NCBI GenBank assembly: GCA_977862235.1
Contig: OZ374562.1
Coordinates: 1,612,001 to 1,676,000, forward strand
Origin: Dudresnaya verticillata
Lineage: Eukaryota
DNA length: 64,000 bases
Reading direction: 5' to 3'
Shown here piece after piece: positions 58,116 through 64,000 of the stretch. The first letter of the stretch is position 1. Every line of letters starts with the position of its first letter. Below the pieces are notes generated by a model, which worked only from the letters and a program-made list of their open reading frames with translations, was not told the origin of the DNA and did not search any database. Made by a program: the position numbers and the translations under genes.

Positions 58116-58599
58116 TGTAACCCCTGGGCGCTCAACACGCGGAAGCACCCGCAGGCTAATACCCCCGACGCCCGACCCGCTGTGGCGTCGTGACGTGAGC
58201 TCTGTACAGAGTACGGACGCCTGCTGAGTACTCAGCCGACTCGCCGTGCTGATGCTCCCAGTGATGCGCTCTACTGTAGCGTACGCTCACAATGCAGACC
58301 CAGCGCACATGCGCCGGGCTGCCATGCCTTTCTACATGATTGGCCTGCTGCCAGGTCCTACGACTAAGACGCGGGCCTGGGCGACTTTCCGTCCATCACC
58401 GGCGACGTCGGGATGGCTGGTGGCTGTGGCGGCACTTGTCCATGGCTGTTCGGAACGGAGCTTGCGTACGCAAGTCACGACTTACTGTGGGTTGCACAGA
58501 GCTGTCCAGCTGTAGTATTAATAAAGGCAACCCGCTGGCGCCGAACGACGGCGAGGGCATGCAACCACTGCATCGGACCCGACCAGCGCGGTATACCCA
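58116..58599 (+). repeat. solo-LTR-like dispersed repeat, copy 2
   Basis: TGTAAC...CCCA with ATTAATAAAG near the end; diverged inverted copy of 24276..24769. Confidence 0.6.
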
Positions 58600-58975
58600 T
58601 CTACTCGCCTTCCTTGTGCTTTCCGCCTCTATCCTTCACTTTCTCTTTTCATCTTCGCGTACGCGAGACTGTTTCGGACACGGACGTGCCCACTTGTCAC
58701 ACACTCCTCACTGAAGCCTGAAGCCTCACAGTTGTACAAACCCTGGCGACCGCAATGTTGCCTATTTCGGGCTCAGTAAATGGGACCAGTCTCTCGCAAA
58801 AACTCGTTGGGTACAGTATAGTGCATTCTTTTGAGGCCTTTGACATGTCTAAGACGATACCGTTTTGATTGAGTTGATGAAATAAGGTTACCTGGTCTCT
58901 ATCTCGAGACAAGACGCCAGCTAGGGATGGCCATCTTCGAACAGTTTCTCATCTTGTTGCAATTATTGGGCTCTA

Positions 58976-61565
58976 CTACAGTACGGCCGCTGAGATATCA
59001 ACGCTAAACAGGCGATACCCGAACCTGACTGGTGCGAGTAGTCCATGTGCAATTCTGGGAGCAATTGAGCGTGTGTAAGTGGATGTTGTGACTCCATTCA
59101 CAACAATGTCTCCATGGATTGTTTGCGGGTTAAAAAGACCTCGAGATAATAGAACCGACACCTTCGATATTGACAACGAACTGCCGTCAGCAAGCGTCAG
59201 GGCATCGCCAACGATAGCTGTTCCGGCCATTGAAAGTTTGCTGTTTAGGTACAAATAGTGACCTCGAGTCAGTTGCAGAGATATTCCTTCCCTTGTTTCC
59301 AGAAGCATGAAGCTATACACGATGTGGTGATCCCGATGAGTGAACATGAATACCTCAGAGAACATCTCACGACTGACTTGGACCTCATCCCCAATTGCAA
59401 GTTCATCCATCCGTTTCGACGACCCGTCCTTGAGTCGCACCGAAGCATCAGCCGGGAAGCACGTATTCTCATCATCTTCATTAGGTGGAGCCGCGGAGGA
59501 TGCAGGGGAACCGCTTGACTGAACCGGAGTTGTTAATGGAGACAGGGTTGGCGCATCAGTCGCAGTGGGACTGGATGTCCTCGTCGGTTGGGGCATGGAA
59601 GTCGGTTGCACTGGAGAGCTCGGTGTAGAACATGTGTCCACGTCGTCTCCAAATGTGGTTAGTGCCCCTTTCGTATCACTGAACTTCGGGTTTGGCGATA
59701 AGATGACAGAGTCGTTGCTGAGATTAGCATTGTCCCCGCAAAACGTAAACGTCATGTTGTCTTGCCTCCCATACGAGCACATGTTGATCTCAGTATTGGT
59801 GCTTACCTCCACTTGCAGTGGCCAGTATCCGACGAAGTCCATGCACATCTCATCCTTCGTTTCAAGCCCAAAGATTGTCCCTGGTTTTTTGGAAGTATCA
59901 TAGACGCAGGTAGTTTGCAGCTGTTCTCCAGGGCTGAGGGATAATGGAGGGTCGAAGAAGATATATTTCTGAAAGCTGTCGCTCCAGAAATTCACCTGTT
60001 TGTTCGAAGAAAAAAATGTTGCACGCGAAGTGTCAGAATGTAACAGTCGTTGGAATACAAGGCGTTCGCTCAGAAGTTGTGTAGCTTTTTAAAAAGCCGC
60101 CTACCTGATTCATAGTCTCAATGTATGTGCCATTCTTTGAGAACTTGTTCGTATATATCTCCCGACCTGTTGTGTGCATGTGAAGAAAGCTTCCAAAAAT
60201 GTTAATCTTCTCGTCCATCCTCTCAGTACATTCTGACGGACACGAATGCTCATACTCGAAGTCGGTTCTTACAACATCTGGAGCCCTAGCCACAACACTA
60301 TCTCCAATTAGCAGGGAGCCGGCATCATTGTCCCGCATTGTATCGGTGTAGTATAGACGGACACCGGAACTATCAATGTTACCTACCTTGTCTTCAGGGT
60401 TGTCATAATGCGTCTCCATGACGACGAAGGGGCGATCTTTCTTTACGCGGAAACCTGCCTCCCTTGGAACCAAGAACCGGCCCATTCCCTTTGCGTCTGT
60501 CAGATAAGGGAACGGCATTTTTAGATAGAGGAAGAATTCATGAAGGGTCAGACACAATTCAAATGCTGTAACAAGTACTAGAAGCAAGTTCTCAAGAGTC
60601 TGATGGGAGGTTGACTTACATGCATAGATAAACGTTGAGCAGCCAGATTCTGGATTTCCAAGGGGCCCGCTGACGCTGTTGGCACCATCTGCGGTAGTAC
60701 ATTCGGTCGTTGTCTTAATCTTGTTGGCATATCCGGCCCCACTGCAGACGAACAAAGTCAGATGGTGAACCATATTGATGTGACTATCTATAATGTGCTC
60801 CGCTGCAATAATCATCCGGTCCCGACCAAGTTCAAGCTCGAAAACCTTGCTCGTGCAGGCGTAGATGGTTTCCTTGTTGTCGGGTACTGTGTAGTTAGTT
60901 GCGAGCACGTCCATAAATCCATCGACATCATCTGGCAAAGACGGTTCAGCCTGGATAGGCTCATCAGGATCAACGCCGGTTTCATACAAGACAACCTGTG
61001 TGCTCCCACGGTTCCCACCATGATATCCGAAGTTTCCGCCGTATCCGAAAATGACACTGTTTTGCCCTTCGACAATATCGCGGTCCTGGGTGTCATGCGC
61101 GTCGAGTGGGCGACTGACCTCAAGCAGCATCTCGCCACTGCCAAAGTCGCGTTCAAAGTTGACAAGAACCCAGCTCCCATCTTCCTGACAGTCATCTGGG
61201 ATAGGGAAGGCACCGGGGGGCTCGAGCAGTGGGAAGGGCACAAACGGGACGTAGCGGTCCGTCACTTTGCACTTTTTGAGGTCATCGCCAGTAAACTCGG
61301 CAGTGACAACATCCCCACCCAGCATGCTCCCAGAGGTGGGCTCCGAAAACCCGACGCCTAGCCAGGAAGCAGCGCTCAGCGAAAGCGCTCTTGAGTCGTT
61401 GACCAACAGCGCCAAGTATACCGTACGTGTAGACAGGTCGACGCGGTGCCATAGCCTGCCCATGTTGGAGAGCACAATTGGGCCCTGCGAGTAGTTGCCT
61501 GTGGGGCTGAGCGCGGTGCAGAGGCTGATGCATAGAGCAGAGAGTACGGTGAGCGGCAAGAACAT
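58976..61565 (-). CDS. secreted DOMON + copper type II ascorbate-dependent monooxygenase (DBH/MOXD1-like) + Ser/Thr/Pro linker + Hedgehog-type Hint domain (~785 aa; exons 61565-60620, 60496-60105, 59995-58976)
   Basis: Signal peptide; WLGVGFS..SMLGGD DOMON; Cu ligands VHHL, ETHY, HMH, DEMC; CFPADASV...GLFNPQTIHGDIVVNG..STYT Hint; GT-AG introns 60497-60619 and 59996-60104 restore one frame. Confidence 0.85.
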
Positions 61566-62739
61566 TTTTCTGTTGTCGAACGGTGACGGTGGTACGGAAA
61601 ATGTTTGAGGGTGCGCTACCGCGGTGCTGGCGAGAAGCTAATCTCAAGACAAGTCTACACGATGCCGAGGCCACTAAGTGGGCGTGATGGCATTGTTGCT
61701 GAGCTGGAGGGGTAAGCGCTCCCAGCCAGATGCGCGAAATGGGGCATGCTACCGATATGGGCAGGAGCCATCACATTTAGGCTGGGGCCCATTGCTGTGA
61801 TGAACGAGCAAGACCCATGCGGCCCCGAAACCTGTTAGATACCGTATCAGTCCGCTGTTGCGTGGAGGCGGTTTTCGTGGGTTATTCAGAGACCATCACG
61901 GTCATGACATCATCTGTGAGAGGAAAATCCGAACGACAAGGCCAAGTAACCTGGGATGGAAGGGCGACCGCGTGAGTCATGGAGCATAGGGAAAAAGGGA
62001 CCGAGTAGATGTTGGGAATAGTATATACTCTACTGTAGAGGCGACGGTAGGGAAAAAGAGGGGTATCGACACTCAGAAGTTAGGAGTTGCTGTATGCGGC
62101 TTCCAGCGGGCTCGATGAGGAGAAGATATCTACGACGCAACTTTTTGCTACGATAGCTGAAGGAGAGAAGCGAAACACTGGTATCTTCGAAACTCGGTGA
62201 GCTTTTTGGGAGCTCCTAGTTTAGACAAGATTTAGCGGCAGATGTTTGCTGTGTTGCATTCAAGCAGGATAGCTTTAGCGCTACTGAATATATCCGTGGA
62301 AAGATACCATTACTCTTCAAAACTGGAGGCGGTCAGCATTGTTCATCAACACGTTCTCCGTTGCTGTCATCGTGATGGTGCGCGGGAAAAACGTTCACAA
62401 ACAGCGTTAGGACAGTACCAACCAAACCGCCACAGCGACCAAGGCCCAACATGGCGGAAGTGACAGTCATCGAAACACCCGCCTCGGAGCCAGACTCGGC
62501 TGCACTATCCAAAACCCCACTGGCACCGTTGCGGTTACCGCAAACCTTCCCGATTCCACTGCCCCCGCTACCGCCACCGTTACCGCCACCGTTACCCCCA
62601 CCGGTGCCCCTGCTGAACCATCAGGGAACAGCGCTGCTCGCCCACGCCTCTAGCCTTCTACATTCATTGCAATGTACGACATCTACTTACTTCGCCCAGT
62701 GGCGAGTAAGGGCGCGCTTGTTGCCCCATGGTGAAAGAA

Positions 62740-63223
62740 GACCACATTATTTGAGGAGGCGAGGCATTTATTTCTGTTTGAAGACCGTTTCGAAGAAGAC
62801 CGACGTGACCATCTTCGTATGGATCTCTATGTTGCTGACCCTGCGTTTGCCCCCCTCCCGCAAGCGTTTGACGTCTCCGTGGTGACCCCACACCATCCAA
62901 CTGCACTGTCCAACCCGCCTCGCTCTCAACATCAAGCTATTCACCGCCGCGAGCAAGCGAAAGCCCGTCATTATCGTCGCTTATGTTCTACCAACCGGAT
63001 AGATCTCCATCCTATGGTGATGGACATCTATGGTGCCATTGGTTCTGGGTTCGATCGAGGCGCTCAGCGCGTGGCGAATTTCCTAGCTACTATGAAGGGT
63101 ACTTCGCCGATATCTGAGAAACTATCTCTTCTCACCCACCTCACCTCTCTTGTACTTCAATCTGTCGCGGTGGCTGTTAACCGCCGTTTACTCTTCGACC
63201 GTCGCCTTTCAGGTGAGTTTTAG
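62740..63223 (+). mobile_element. remnant of a restriction-like-endonuclease (RLE) non-LTR retrotransposon C-terminus
   Basis: MDLY...AFDVSVVTP...REQAKARHY...PMVMDIYGAIG matches the PD..D / K..KY / P..E..G pattern of CRE/NeSL/R2-type elements. Confidence 0.55.
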
Positions 63224-64000
63224 ATAAGTCCCCTTACGGGGCTGTAGTCTTTCCTATGCATAAAGGTCTCCATCTCTGTTTGAAGAAACTCATTGTCTCT
63301 TAACCGATTCGATTTGGAAGCTCAGTTCTCTACCGCTGCGATCTGGTGGCCTAGGACTGAGTAGAGCTTCTGGTGTGGTGGATCTCAGCTATCTAGCGTC
63401 TCTCGGTTCAAGCAAGTCTACCATCCGGACATCTCTTAGTCTTTTCCCTTCCCTGCTGAAAAGACCCTTGGGCCTTCCCTAGGCCGTCTCCGCTCTTCTG
63501 TTGGCAACAATTGTCAAGCCTGACTTAATGATGTAACCACGTTCTTGAATTATTTCCATGCTACTCCTCATGACTCAAGGTCTCCCGGGTCTGTGCATCA
63601 TGAGCTTAATGCCGTGGTTTTGGCCTCTGTGACTCCGTCATCCAACTCTAGTGATGACCTCGCTTTCGTCTTCGTCTGCAATCTACCTGCACGGCCAGTT
63701 CTGCGCGCGCATTTGCTGCTGTACCTTCCTCCTTTTACGGTACTCGAGTCAAACCTGAAGTTTGGATATCGATGATCCAGCTACGACTCGGACTTCCTAT
63801 CTTCAGTGGAGAGGACCCATTCTTCCGTTGTGTTGATGGTACCGCTTCTGTCGCCCCTCTTCTTGATGTTTATGGGCATCACGCTACGGTCTGCTCTTTT
63901 CGTGAGGGCACGATACGCCGTCATGATCATCTTCGGGATCGCTTAAGCGTTCTATTTCAGACTATCGCCCGCCCCCATGGCGTGCGTGTTGAAGTTGAAC

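Noticed and set aside
24276..58599. Inverted ~490-bp repeats as TIRs of a 34-kb giant element
   Set aside because: The copies are markedly diverged, lack a TSD, and each looks like a TG...CA solo LTR; independent insertions are more parsimonious.
63400..64000. Possible RT remnant (QG.PGS / SDDLAF-like)
   Set aside because: Needs frameshifts, has weak motif support, and is truncated by the window end.

Overview
Eukaryotic, transposon-rich genomic DNA. It is most consistent with a red alga; this is an inference from the intron-poor GC-rich genes, chromodomain Gypsy elements, a Hedgehog-type Hint protein and pyruvyltransferase-like genes. Three host genes look intact: two tandem polysaccharide pyruvyltransferase-like genes (2260-3843 and 4396-6855, the second fused to an N-terminal TPT/SLC35E-type transporter), and a 2-intron gene for a DOMON + copper monooxygenase + Hint protein (58976-61565, minus). 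The rest is mostly mobile DNA. (i) A 13.95-kb DNA transposon (7922-21875) has ~0.9-1.0-kb TIRs and a 4-bp GTTT TSD. It carries a Sola-like DDD transposase, a ParB-like/DNA amino-methyltransferase (DPPY) fusion gene, and captured UTP20 and SpoU fragments. (ii) A MITE, solo-LTR-like repeats and a decayed LINE. (iii) Two complete Gypsy chromovirus elements (34484-47796 plus; 48002-57559 minus) share an 18-nt PBS, and each is saturated with its own palindrome (TGGCCA versus CCGTNACGG). The first also carries long antisense ORFs. All family assignments come from motif recognition by eye; no database searches were run.
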